Of a stretch of 64,000 nucleotides of DNA, positions 14,409 to 27,007 are shown in pieces. This stretch comes from Leucoraja erinacea. Lineage: Eukaryota. The position numbers were made by a program, and so were the translations under genes. Below the pieces are notes generated by a model, which saw nothing but the letters and a program-made list of their open reading frames with translations, made no database searches and had not been told where the DNA came from. The stretch's first letter is position 1. Every line of letters starts with the position of its first letter. Where the stretch lies: NCBI RefSeq assembly GCF_028641065.1, contig NC_073386.1, forward strand, positions 60,946,001 through 61,010,000. The letters are read 5' to 3'.

Positions 14409-14508
14409 NNNNNNNNNNNNNNNNNNNNNNNNNNNNNNNNNNNNNNNNNNNNNNNNNNNNNNNNNNNNNNNNNNNNNNNNNNNNNNNNNNNNNNNNNNNN
14501 NNNNNNNN
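14409..14508. other. Assembly gap (100 N); other gaps at 57104-57368 and 62428-62706
   Basis: Runs of N. Confidence 1.
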
Positions 14509-14654
14509 AGACATCACAAACTTTATATGGGATTATAAATCCCCCAGAATACAAAGAGCACACCTTAGTAAACCAAAAGAGAAGGGTGGTCTAGCGCTCC
14601 CTAACTTTATGTACTATAATTGGGTGGTAAATATTAAAAATATGATTCACCTGC
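14509..14654 (+). mobile_element. L1-clade ORF2 fragment, left part of the copy split by the CR1
   Basis: FIWDYKSPRI...KPKEKGGLALPNFMYYNW motif. Confidence 0.8.
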
Positions 14655-17600
14655 TATAACCATATAACCATATAACCATATAACAATTACAGCACGGAAA
14701 CAGGCCATCTCGACCCTTCTAGTCCGTGCCGAACACATAATCTCCCCTAGTCCCATATACCTGCGCTCAGACCATAACCCTCCATTCCTTCCCATCCATA
14801 TAACTATCCAATTTATTTTTAAATGATAAAAACGAACCTGCCTCCACCACCTTCACTGGAAGCTCATTCCACACAGCTACCACTCTCTGAGTAAAGAAGT
14901 TCCCCCTCACGTTACCCCTAAACTTCAGTCCCTTAATTCTCAAGTCATGTCCCTTGTTTGAATCTTCCCTACTCTCAGTGGGAAAAGCTTTTCCACGTCA
15001 ACTCTGTCTATCCCTCTCATCATTTAAAAAACCTCTATCAAGTCCCCCCTTAACCTTCTGTGCTCCAAAGAATAAAGTCCTAACTTGTTCAACCTTTCTC
15101 TGTAACTTAGTTGCTGAAACCCAGGCAACATTCTAGTAAATCTCCTCTGTACTCTCTCTTTTGTTGACATCCTTCCTATAATTAGGTGACCAAAATTGTA
15201 CTCCAGAATTGGCCTCAACAATGCCTTGTACAATTTTAACATTACATCCCAACTTCTATACTCAATGCTCTGATTTATAAAGGCCAGCACACCAAAAGCT
15301 TTCTTTACCACCCTATCTACATGAGATTCCACTTTCAGGGAACTGTGCACAGTTATTCCCAGATCCCTGTGTTCACCTACATTCTTCAATTCCCTACCAT
15401 TTACCATGTACGTCCTATTTTGATTTGTCCTGCCAAGATGTAGCACCTCACACTTATCAGCATTAAACTCCATCTGCCATCTTTCAGCCCACTCTTCCAA
15501 CTGGCATAAATCTCTCTGTAGACTTTGAAACTCTACTTCATTACCCGCAACCCCACCTATCTTAGTATCATCTGCATACTTACTAATCCAATTTACCACA
15601 CCATCATCCAGATCATTGATGTACATGACAAACAACAGTGGACCCAACACAGATCCCTGTGGCACCCCACTCGTCACTGGCCTCCAACCTGACAAACAAC
15701 CATCCACCATTACTCTCTGGCATCTCCCATTCAGCCACTGTTGAATCCATCTTGCTACTCCACCATTAATACCCAACCATTGAACCTTCTTAACCAACCT
15801 TCCATGAGGAACCTTGTCAAAGGCCTTACTGAAGTCCATATACACAACATCCACTGCTTTACCCTCATCAATTTCCCGAGTAACATCTTCAAAAAATTCA
15901 AGAAGATTAGTTAAACATGACCTTCCAGGCACAAATCCATGTTGACTGTTCCTAATCAGACCCTCTTTATCCAGATGTTTATATATATTATCTCTAAGTA
16001 TTCTTTCCATTAATTTGCCCACCACTGACGTCAAACTAACAGGTCTATAATTGCTAGGTTTACTCTTAGACCCCTTTTTAAACAATGGAACAACATGCGC
16101 AGTACGCCAATCCTCCGGCACTATTCCCGTTTCTAATGACATTTGAAATATTTCTGCCATAGCCCCTGCTATTTCTACACAAACTTTCCTCAATGTCCTA
16201 GGGAATATCCTGTCCAGACCTGGAGACTTATCCACTTTTATATTTCTCAAAAGTGTCAGTACTTCTTTTACTTTGAACCTCATAGTTTCCATAGCTACTC
16301 TACTTGTTTCCCTTACCTCACATAATTCAATATCCTTCTCCTTGGTGAATACCGAAGAAAAGAAACTGTTCAATATCTCCCCCATCTCTTTTGGCTCTGC
16401 AGATAGATGTCCACTCTGACTCTCTAATGGACCAATTTTATCCCTCGTTATCCTTTTGCTATTAATATAGCGGTAGAAACCCTTCGGATTTACTTTTACC
16501 TTACTTGCCAAAGCAACCTCATATCTTCTTTTAGCTTTTCTAATTTCTTTCTTAAGATTCTTTTTACATTCTTTATACTCCTCCAGCACCTCATTTACTC
16601 CACGCTGAATATAATTATTGTAGATTTCCCTCTTTTTCCGAACCAAGTGTCCAATTTCCCTTGAAAACCATGGCTCTTTACAATTTTTACGATTTCCTTT
16701 CAACCGAACAGGGACATAAAGATTCTGTACTCTTAAAATTTCACCTTTAAATGTACTCCATTTCTCTTCCACATCTTTCCCATAAAACAAACTGTCCCAA
16801 TTTACTCCTTTTAAATCCTTTCGCATCTCCTCAAAGTTAGCCTTTCTCCAATCAAAAATCTCAACCCTAGGTCCAGTTTTGTCCCTCTCCATAATTATAT
16901 TGAAACTAATGGTATTGTGATCACTTGACCCGAACTGTTCCCCAACGCATACCTCTGCCACCTGACCCATCTCATTTCCTAACAGGAGGTCCAGTACCGC
17001 CCTTTCTCTAATAGGTACTTCTATGTATTGTTGCAAAAAACTATCCTGCACACATTTTACAAACTCCAACCCATCCAGCCCATTTACAGAATGTGTTTCC
17101 CAGTCTATGTGTGGAAAATTGAAATCTCCCACAATCACTGCCTTGTGCTTACTACTAATATCTGCAATCTCCTTACATATTTGCTCTTCCAATTCTCGCT
17201 CCCCATTTGGCGGTCTATAATACTCCCCTATAAGTGTTGCTACCCCTTTCCCATTTCTCAGTTCCACCCAAATAGCCTCCCTAGACGAGCCCTCTAATCT
17301 ATCCTGCCAAAGCACTGCTGTAATATCTTCCCTGATAAGCAATGCAACACCTCCACCTCTTGCCCCTCCAATTCTATCACACCTGAAGCAACGAAATCCT
17401 GGAATATTTAGTTTCCAATCACAGCCCTCCTGCAACCATGTTTCACTGATCGCCACAACATCATACTTCCAGGTGTCAATCCAGGCTCTAAGTTCATCCA
17501 CTTTTCTTACAATGCTCCTAGCATTAAAATATACACATTTAAGAAACCCACCCTCTCTTATTCTCTGATTATTTTCTTTTTCTACTCTCTCCCCTACATT

Positions 17601-18893
17601 TTGGGTCAGAGTGCTACCATTCTCTGCCCCCTGCTTCACACACTGACTGCTAGCTTTCCCAATTTGAGTCCCTCCCCCCAACCATACTAGTTTAAAGTCT
17701 CCCCAGTAGCCTTTGCAAATCTCCCCGCCAGGATATTGGTCCCCCTTGAGTTCAAGTGCACCCCGTCCTTTCTGTACAGGTCGCACCTTCCCCTAAAGAG
17801 GTCCCATTGATCCAGAAACTTGAATCCATACCCACTGCACCAGTCCTTCATCCACTCATTTATCCTCCACCTCGCTCCATTCCTACTCTCACTGTCGCGT
17901 GGCACAGGCAGTAATCCTGAGATTGTTACCTTTCTAGTCCTTCTCCTTAACTCTCTACCTAACTCCCTAAATTCTTCTTTCAGGACCTCTTCTCTTTTTT
18001 TTACCTATGTCGTTGGTACCTATATGCACCACAACCTCAGGCTCCTCTCCCTCCCATTTCAGGATTTCTTGGACACGTTCAGACACATCCCTGACCCTGG
18101 CACCAGGGAGGCAAACTACCATCCGGGACTCCTGTCTGCGTCCACAGAATCGCCTATGCGACCCCCTGACTATAGAGTCCCCTATTACAATTGCCCTCCT
18201 CTTCTTTTCCTTACCCTTCTGAGCAACAGGACCGGTCTTTGTGCCAGAGGCCCGGCCGCTGTCGCTGCCCCCAGGTAGGCTGTCTCCCCCACCCTTACTC
18301 AAGCATGAGTACTTATTTTCAAGGTGTACAGCCACCGGGGTACTCACCAGTCCCTGCCTCTGCCCGTTGCCCTTCCTAACTGTGACCCAGTTTTCTGTCT
18401 CCCGTGGTCTTGGAGTGACCACCTCCCTGTAACTCCTTTCTATGACCTCCTCGCTCTCCCTGAGCAGGCAGAGGTCATCGAGTTGCTGTTCTAGGTTCCT
18501 GACACGGTCCCTTAGGAGCCCCATCTCGACGCACCTTGCGCAGATGTGGAAGTCTGGAGGGCACTCCGACTACATGACCTCCCACATCTGACATCCAGAA
18601 CAGTAAACTGCCCTGGCCTTCATTCTCCCCCTTATCCAAATACAATAAAGCCTTACCGGGATACAAGCCAATCAGCTGCTTCCTCTGGTCCTCTTCCACC
18701 AATCAGAGGCTTCCACCAGAATCAGAATCCTTCTCTGGAAGTGAGATGGAACGTTGCAGATTTGGGTAACTCACAGCTCCAGGTAAGTCCTCCTCTCGCC
18801 AACGGCTCCCCGGGCCTCTGTAGAAGCAAACCCCGCGCTGTTTTTATACTCACAGCTCCAGGTAACTCCTCCTCTCACCAACGGCTCCCCGGA
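14655..18893 (-). mobile_element. Near full-length CR1 LINE
   Basis: ORF1 ~17687-18600 has SGNH/esterase motifs (VIGDSIVR, VVHIGTND, DGVHLN) and a frameshift. ORF2 15024-17786 has APE endonuclease (YFNARS, SETW, GDFN, SDH) and RT (GVPQGSVLGP, YADD). The 3' end is an 8-bp (TATAACCA)n tail and the 5' UTR has a direct repeat. Confidence 0.95.
15024..17786 (-). CDS. CR1 ORF2, endonuclease-reverse transcriptase, with a C-terminal lesion
   Basis: 920-aa ORF with EN and RT motifs; out-of-frame patch EYNFGHLIIGRMSTK near the C-terminus. Confidence 0.9.
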   Translation of the reverse strand: MRPVQKGRGALELKGDQYPGGEICKGYWGDFKLVWLGGGTQIGKASSQCVKQGAENGSTLTQNVGERVEKENNQRIREGGFLKCVYFNARSIVRKVDELRAWIDTWKYDVVAISETWLQEGCDWKLNIPGFRCFRCDRIGGARGGGVALLIREDITAVLWQDRLEGSSREAIWVELRNGKGVATLIGEYYRPPNGERELEEQICKEIADISSKHKAVIVGDFNFPHIDWETHSVNGLDGLEFVKCVQDSFLQQYIEVPIRERAVLDLLLGNEMGQVAEVCVGEQFGSSDHNTISFNIIMERDKTGPRVEIFDWRKANFEEMRKDLKGVNWDSLFYGKDVEEKWSTFKGEILRVQNLYVPVRLKGNRKNCKEPWFSREIGHLVRKKREIYNNYIQRGVNEVLEEYKECKKNLKKEIRKAKRRYEVALASKVKVNPKGFYRYINSKRITRDKIGPLESQSGHLSAEPKEMGEILNSFFSSVFTKEKDIELCEVRETSRVAMETMRFKVKEVLTLLRNIKVDKSPGLDRIFPRTLRKVCVEIAGAMAEIFQMSLETGIVPEDWRTAHVVPLFKKGSKSKPSNYRPVSLTSVVGKLMERILRDNIYKHLDKEGLIRNSQHGFVPGRSCLTNLLEFFEDVTREIDEGKAVDVVYMDFSKAFDKVPHGRLVKKVQWLGINGGVARWIQQWLNGRCQRVMVDGCLSGWRPVTSGVPQGSVLGPLLFVMYINDLDDGVVNWISKYADDTKIGGVAGNEVEFQSLQRDLCQLEEWAERWQMEFNADKCEVLHLGRTNQNRTYMVNGRELKNVGEHRDLGITVHSSLKVESHVDRVVKKAFGVLAFINQSIEYRSWDVMLKLYKALLRPILEYNFGHLIIGRMSTKERVQRRFTRMLPGFQQLSYRERLNKLGLYSLEHRRLRGDLIEVF

Positions 18894-20310
18894 ATTTGAA
18901 TAACAAAAATTATAATAAAAATCCAATGATACATAGTACAATTAGAACTTGGAAACAAATAAAACAGAACTTAAAATTAAGAAATCTATCTCTGCTAATG
19001 CCAATAGCCAATAACCCTTCGTTTAAACCCTCAATTATAGATAAATCATTTACCCAATGGGAAAGAACGGGAATCAAAACGCTCGGAGACGTATGAATTA
19101 GGGAAATTATTACCATTTCAACAATTACAACTGAAATATAACTTGAAAAATAATCAATATTTTAAATATCTTCAAATCCGTGATTATCTGAAAAAATATA
19201 CAAAAGACTATTATAATATGCCCCCAGACTTATCAGATGAAGCCATGAAGATAAAGGCTGAATCAGCAAATCTAATATCGTACTTATATAATATTATATT
19301 GAATATAGAAATACCTACAACAGATAATATTAGAAGAGACTGGGAACAAGAACTAGCTATAAAAATTTCAAAAGAGAGCTGGGATAAACACTTATTATAT
19401 GTGCATAAATGCTCGATCAACGTACGACATACTCTAATCCAATATAAAACATTACATAGACTATATTATTCAAAAACTAAAATAAATAAACTTTTCCCCA
19501 ATGTCTCACGCATTTGTGATAAATGTCAGTTACAAGAAGCTAACATAGCGCACTCTTTTGTTTTATGTATAAAAATTCAAAAATTCTGGAACAAAATATT
19601 TGAAATCTTTACAAAATTATTTAAAACAAAACTACTACCCAAAGTAGAATGGATCATTTTTGGAATATCGTAAGGTAACCCAGAATTAAATATGTTTCAA
19701 AAGAACTTACTTAATTATGGGCTAACAATGGGAAAAAAGCTTATACTTAAATTTTGGAAAAATGCTCCAATACCAACAACAAAAATGTGGATTTCAAACA
19801 TGTTCGAAACACTACACTTGGAAGAGATGAGACTCCTCCTAGCAGGCAAAGCAGATCACTTCCAAAAGACGTGGTCTGCATTTATGGAACTATTACAAGC
19901 ATAAGCTGCAATAATAAGTTAAAACATAAAGGCTACCAGGACCTGGTAACGGGGGGTATAAAATAATTTTAAAATAAAAACACGGTTGGTATATCCTTTT
20001 TTGCGGAGTTTTTTGTTACAATAGAGCGATTGATTTTCCTTTCTTCTTTTTTTTCTTTTCTTTCTAGGGTCTTATTTATTTTCTTTACTTCCTTCTCTAA
20101 TTCCTTACCTAAGGGGTTCCTTTCTCCCAACACTTTCCTGCACCTTCACAATTCTTGCTTACTTTCCTTACTTCTTTTGTTTCTATCTTTTTTAAAGCTT
20201 AAAAAATGAAGTGGTACAACATAATGTAATAAGATATATCTGATGTGTATTATTGTAATTTACTGTACTGCTAATAAAAATAAAATAAAAATAAATAAAT
20301 AAATAAATAA
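18894..20310 (+). mobile_element. L1-clade LINE 3' portion with 3' UTR and A-rich tail
   Basis: FKYLQIRDY, HRLYYS and CDKC...H...C zinc-knuckle region; pyrimidine-rich UTR; (TAAA)n tail. Confidence 0.85.
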
Positions 20311-23180
20311 ACTTTATTCGGCACAGTCATCACAGGCATATGATACAACAGATCAAAACATAATCAGAAATTACACTATATCAAATAATCATTATAGTAC
20401 AAATGTGCATTCATTGTTTACAATACTCTCAACCCCACGCGGTGACCAGCGCCCACGGAATACCTCCAGAGTACCCGTGGACACCGCGTGTTCCCTCTCC
20501 AGGGACACACGTGCACGGACATAGGCCCGAAAGAGGGGCAGGCATCCGACTCTAGCCTGACCCTCGACCGCCCGCTGCCTGGACCCGCCAATGGCCATCT
20601 TGGCCAGGCCCAGGAGCAAACCGACAGGGAAGTCCCACTCCACCCCCCCACTTGGCTCTCCCCACACCCTGCCTTGTGTCCAAACACAAGAATCGTAGGA
20701 CTAAAATGCAACCAGAGCTTGAGGAACAACCCTTTCATATATATAACAATAGGAACAAACTCTCTTCCTGGCTGCAGAAAATACAGGTGGTAGACGAGCC
20801 CATGAACCGACTCTAAAGTTTATTACACGCTACCGCTCTATGCAGCACTCTCCACCCCAGGTCCCCAATGTAAAGGGGGACAACTCCCTTATAGATGGAC
20901 CCCCACTGGGGACCTTTCCCACATTTGGGTGGGAACACAGACTGCCATGGTGTGTCAGGGCGGGAGATGAAGGCAAGGAGGTGCAGAAAGTACAGGAACA
21001 TTCTGTACAGTGAGCGTCTCTTCGCATCACGAAACGGCATGCTGGTCATCTCAGAGAGGCGGCTCAGGTTGTGTGGAGCCGGTTCCCAAGAAATATCCCA
21101 GAGTCGAGGCCCGATGAGCAGATCTGATGATGCGGGTGAAAGCTCATTCAGAACCACTCTAGGCACGCGCCTTTCCTCGACACTCGCCATGACAGAGTGA
21201 GGACCGGCCACTCCCGCAGCCGCAACATCCCCTTCCCCTCGTGGAGTGACACGCTGGCTGAAAACAGCCAAATTCCTCACTCTTAGCACATCCCTGTAGA
21301 AAACAGGCAAGCCCCTTAGGGCGGGTCGACTGATGCCCGCCACCGGGAGCCGTGAGACCCCCCTTAGGCAACGACCCCGACGGAAACAATACGTGGCCAA
21401 AGCATGCCATATGGGGGGGTTCTCTACATACATGTACCTCCGCAGAGTCCTGAGACGGAGAGCCACCACCTGGGTACGCACGCATACCAAGGACTGGCCG
21501 CCCTCCTCTAACGGGAGACTCAGAACCGCTGCGGAAACCCAGTGCTTCCTATTTCCCCAAAAGAAATCCACCAGCTTCCTCTGTAAAGCAGTTACAAATA
21601 TGGAAGGCGGGACAAGAGTAGCCAGCCGGTACCATAACACGGAAGCCACCAGCTGGTTTATGACCAACACCCTCCCCTGAAAGGATAGAACTCCAAGCAG
21701 GCCTGACCAGCGCCCCAGCCGGGCAACCACTTTCGTCTCCAACTCCTGCCAATTTGCCGGCCAATCATCCTCAGTGGGACTCAGGTACACTCCCAGATAG
21801 AGGAGGTGCGTGGTGCTCCACGCAAACATTGCCATCTCCTCTGGCAGGGAGTCCACCTGCCACTGACCCACTAAAAGTTCAGAGCACTTGCTCCAATTAA
21901 TCCTGGCAGAAGATGCATCCGAGAAAATCTTCTGGCAATCACGCATCCTCCGCAGGTCACCAGGATCGGTGAACATAAGGAGTACATCATCGGCATAGGC
22001 CGAAAGAACCAACTCCACCCCTGGGCCCGGTAGGGCCAGGCCTGTCAACCTCCTCCGAAGACACAGGAATGGCTCCACACAGACCGAGAACAACTGACCC
22101 GACATGGGGCACCCCTGACGGACCCCCCTCCCAAAATGAAAGGGAGCCAACAACACACCATTCACCTTCACAAGGCACTCCGCTGCAGCATACAAAAGCC
22201 AGACCCCGGGCCACAAAATGCGGTCCAAATCCAAACGCTTGCAACATCCCGAAGAGGTATTCATGCTCTACCCTATCAAAAGCCTTCTCCTGATCAAGAG
22301 ACAGAAAAGCAGCTGACTGACCAGTACCCTGGGCTAGATGAATCAGGTCCCTAACCAGGTGGATGTTATCCTGAATGGACCGGCCAGGGACTGTATAGGA
22401 CTGGTCAGGATGAATCAGTTGAGACAGCACAGAGCCCATGCAATTCGCCATCGCCCGTGCAAGAAGTTTGTACTCTGTACATAGGAGGGAGACCGGGCAC
22501 CAGTACTTCACCAAGCGGAGTTGCCCCTTCTTGGGCAGCAGGACAACAACTGCTCTACGCCACGAGAGGGGCATCTCCCCTGTCGCCAGGCTCTCCCCCA
22601 GAACCAACATGTTGTCACCCCCAGGATATCCCAGAAAGTTATAACATACTTTACCGTCAACCCATCCAGCCCGGGGGACTTACCCCTCCTGAGCTGATGC
22701 AATGCACGAGTCAACTCCTCCAAAGATAAGGGGCCATCAAGAAGATCGGCCACCTCCCTTTCTACAGTTGGTAGACCCTCCCACAGGTCCTGCTGAGCCT
22801 CCCCGCTGAATCCACCTGCGGAGAACAGGGACCCGTAAAAGGACCTGACCAGGGCACTAATCCTCTCCGGATCAGTGACAGAGGAGCCATCGTCTGCGAG
22901 AATCTCTACGACCTGTTTGCGGGCTCCCCGCCCTTTCTCCAGAGAGAAAAAGAAAGGTGAAGCTCAGTTCAGATCGTGCAGCATCTGGACCCGCAACCTC
23001 ACGTAAGCGCCTCGGGACCGCTCAAGTTGCAGGTTCCTCAAGGCTTCCTTCTTCTCCTGAATTCCGCATTCACAGGAGTCATCACTAAACCGACCCAGGC
23101 GAGACTCTGCGTCCAGTAGCTCCCTCTCAAGCCTCTCGACCGCAGAGTCCTGCCGTCCGGTCGACCCCCACGTGTATTCC
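20311..23180 (-). mobile_element. Tx1-like LINE, 5'-truncated and frameshifted
   Basis: KSPGLDGL, LSLDQEKAFDRV, RGVRQGCPMSG, SAYADDV and EGGQSLV motifs across several frames. Confidence 0.88.
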
Positions 23181-23191
23181 TTATGTGTATT

Positions 23192-23915
23192 CCTTACCTG
23201 AAATTGGAGAGTTCAATGTTCATACCGCTATTTCAGGAAGTCCTTGCTTTCTCACTCTTTCCCCTCCCCTTCCCAGCTCTCCCACAGCCCACAACCCACT
23301 GTCCCCGTCTCTTCCTTTCTTCTCCCCCCCCCCCCCACACTTCAGTCTGAGGAAGGGTCTCGACCTGAAACATCACCTATTCCTTCGCTCCGTAGATGCT
23401 GCCTCACCCACTGAGTTTCTCCAGCATTTTGTCTACCATTCGTGTCTAAACCCATGACTATAAGCTTCAGGGAAGAGCATCTGCTGACTTTACCTGGTCT
23501 TGTTATGTGACTCCAGGCCCCCAGTTATGTAGCCGACCCGTATCAGCTCTGAAATGGCCCTGGGAAACATCCAGTTCAAAGGCAGTTGTGGACGGGAAAT
23601 AAATGTTAGTTCACTTCATTTGCACCTCCTCCAACCTCATCTACTGTATCCACTGTTCAAGGTGTGGACTCTTACACATCTGTGAGACCAAACGTAGACT
23701 GGGCGATCGTTTCGCTGAACACCTTCGCTCAGTCCGCCTGGACCAACCTGATCTCCCGGTTGCCAAACACTTTAATTCCCCATCCCATTCCCACACTGAC
23801 CTGTCTGTCCTGGACCTCCTCCACTGTCAGAGTGAGATGAAACACAAATTGGGGGAACAGCATCTCATATTTCACTTGGACAGCTTACAACCCAGCAGTA
23901 TGAATATTGATTTCA
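23192..23915 (+). mobile_element. Penelope-like fragments: terminal repeat with hammerhead-like motif at 23347-23374 and GIY-YIG at 23606-23915
   Basis: IYCIHCSRCGLLHICETKRRLGDRFAEHLRSV; CTGAGGA...GAAACATC. Confidence 0.8.
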
Positions 23916-25921
23916 TGAATTGTTTCCATGTCCCAGCTACACTAGTCCCACCTGCCTGTGTTTGGCCCACATCCTTCCAACCCTGTCCTATCCATGTACC
24001 TGTCCAACTGTTTCTTAAATATTGGGATAGTCCCAGCCTCAACTACCTCCTCCGTCAGTTCATTCCATACACCCACCACCCTGTGTGGAAAAGTTTACCT
24101 CTCAGATTCCTATTCAATCTTTTCCCCTACACCTTGAACCTATGTCTTCTGGTCCTCGATTCCCCAACTCTGGGTAAAAGACTCTATGCATCTACCCAAT
24201 CTATTCCTCTCATGATTTTGTACACCTCTATAAGATCACCATTCAACCTCCTGCGCTCCAAGGATTAGAATCCCAGCCTACGTAACCTCTCCCTATAGCC
24301 GACCCTGATATCCTGGCAACATCCTCATAAATCTTCTCTGTACCCTTTCCAGCTTGTTGACATCTTCCCAATAACATTGTGCCCAGAACTGAACACAATA
24401 CTCTAAATGTGGTCAATGACATATAATAGACAATAAACAATAGGTGCAGGAATAGGCCATTCGGCCCTTCGAGCCAGGTCTATTGTCGAGCCAGCACCGC
24501 CATTCAATGCGATCATGGCTGATCATCCACAATCAGTAGCCCGTTCCTGCCCTCTCCCCATATCCCCTGACTCCGCCATCTTTAAGAGCTCTCTCTTAAA
24601 AAATATCCAGAGAACCTGCCTCCACCCCCCTCTGAGGCAGAGAATTCGAACATGACCTCTCAACTTCTATACTCAATACACTGACTGATGAATCCAATGT
24701 GTCAAAAGTATTTTTGACCACCCGAACTATCTGCGACTACACCTTCAAGGAACCATGCACCTGTAATCCTAGATCCCTCTGTTCTACAACACTCCCCGGA
24801 GGCCTACCATTGTCTGGTCATGCCCCAATGTCTTTTCCCCGAGGTGTGTTCCTCCAATACCTGGCCCCATGGGCTTTCCTGCAATGTTTGGCCCTCTGAC
24901 CTATGCCATTTGGATCAGGTGCTGGAGTTGACTCTTCAGTATCAGTTGTATTCTTTTCGGAACCTGTTCATGTACTCCTCTCCTGATGCGTTTTAGCCCA
25001 GTATCTGGTGTATTTGGTGCACTCATAGAGTCATAGATTAATACAGTGCGGAAACAGGCCCTTCGGCCCAACATGCCCACACCGGCCAACAATGTCCCAA
25101 CTACCCTAGTCCCACTTGCCTGCACATGGTCCATATCCCTCCAAACCTGTCCTACCCATGTGCCTGTCCAACTGTTTCTTAAACGATGGACTACCTCCTC
25201 TGGCAGTTTGTTCCATACACCCACCAACCTCTGTGTGAAAATGTTACCCCTCGATTCCTTTTAAATCTTTTCCCCTTCACCTTGAACCCATGTCCACTGG
25301 TCCTCGATTCCCCTACTCTGGGTAAAAGACTCTGTGCACCCACCCGATCTATTCCTCTTAAGATTTTGTACATCTCTATAAGATCACCCCTCATCCTCGT
25401 ACGCTCCATAGAATAGAGACCTACCCTGCTCAACCTCTCCCTGTAGCTCACACCCTCGAGTCCTGGCAACATCCTGGCAACATTCTCAGCTGAAGTCCCT
25501 AAAGTGATGAGTAAAATGATGATCAACTCCAAACATTTCATGTTTTTGTTATTTTATTTTATTTATGCAAATGAAAACATGCAGTTCAGCAGAAAAATTA
25601 AAAAATAAGCTGCAGACAATGAGTTAAACAACATCTGCTTTACAAAACCTGATTGAGCAAGTCCCCAAGTATCAGCCCCTCCTCCACCACATTGCTTCAT
25701 GTTTCTTTTCCCCTCTCCATGCCCCCTTCTTGCTCCACAATATCAGCGCATCCCTCCCCCTCCCACACTCCCCTCTTCTCCTTCACTCATCACATTCCCA
25801 TCTTCTCCCCTTTCCCAAACATTAATCCTGCCTTCCTCTCCCACTGCTGCATGCTACCCAATCAAGTGTCTCATACTCTGACATTTTCCCACTGTCATGT
25901 CCTATCCTGCCTTCCCACCCC

Positions 25922-25972
<51 letters not shown>

Positions 25973-26549
25973 CCCCCCCCCACCCCCCACCCCCCGCCCA
26001 CTCGCCCCACCCCCCTCAGTCCCAACCCGTTTCTTCCCCAGCATCCCCAGTGCATTTCCAAGTTTATCTCCTGTAATGAGCGTTTGCAGAGCAGTAGCCT
26101 CAGATTGCCGAGTGAGTGAGTGAAAGACAGGGAGACTCCATTTGTCAACGTCAACAGCTGCATGGTGATCTCTTGAGTGAATGTGGCGTGTGTGTCGGCT
26201 GGTCATTGTTGCACCTGTAATATACACAGGAAAGTTAGATATTGTGTGTGACAAGGTGCAGCACAGATGGTGACCTGCAGGGACAGGCAAACTAAATAAC
26301 AGACAGTCTGTCCTTAACCTCAGAGATGGACCCTCATGGACAGGGGGTCTGCAACATTTCTAGAACCCTCGAGGATTGGTGGTCTGTGCATGTGTGTAGG
26401 AGATGGACCCTCATGGACAGGTGGTCTTTCATTAGTGGCCCAGGTCAACTCTAAGGGATACACAGTCTGAATGCCAGTTGTGGGCTGAAGAGAGGTCCCG
26501 TACTTGGGCACAGTTTCCAGATACGGAGTACCCTGTTAGTTGTAGTTTA

Positions 26550-26848
26550 GTGATACAGCATCAAACAAGCCCTTCAGCCCAGGGAGACTGCGCCGACCAG
26601 CGATCCCTGCACATTAACACTACCCTACACACACTAGGGACAATTTTTTTACATTTACATCAAGCCAATTAACCTACAAACCTGTACATCTTTGGAGTTT
26701 GGGAGGAAACCGAAGATGTCGGAGAAAACCTACGCAGGTCACGGGGAGAACGTACAAACTCCATACAGACTGCACCCGTAGTCAGGATGGAACCCAGATC
26801 TCTGGCACTGTAAGGCAGCAGCTCTATCGCTGTGCCACCGTGCCGCCC
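26550..26848 (-). mobile_element. tRNA-derived SINE (HE1/V-SINE-like)
   Basis: GGGCGGCACGGTGGCACAGCG A-box head and (CTAAA)n-type tail. Other copies at ~4125-4315(-), 11270-11605(+), 13890-14171(-), 38345-38500(+) and 63352-63560(+). Confidence 0.8.
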
Positions 26849-27007
26849 AAAATTTGATATGAATACAACGTTTGTTTGATTTCCTTGTTTGAGCCCAGGG
26901 TCATTGCCCCAAATACCCAACGTTCTATGAATGTTTGCTGTATCAAGGCCCAGAGGACAGGAGTAAAGTGGAAAGGTTCAAAGACCAGGGGGATGTGAAG
27001 GGTCCCA

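Noticed and set aside
25653-26290. Poly-Pro and poly-Gly ORFs
   Set aside because: Translations of a poly-C tract (25920-25980), probably low-quality sequence.
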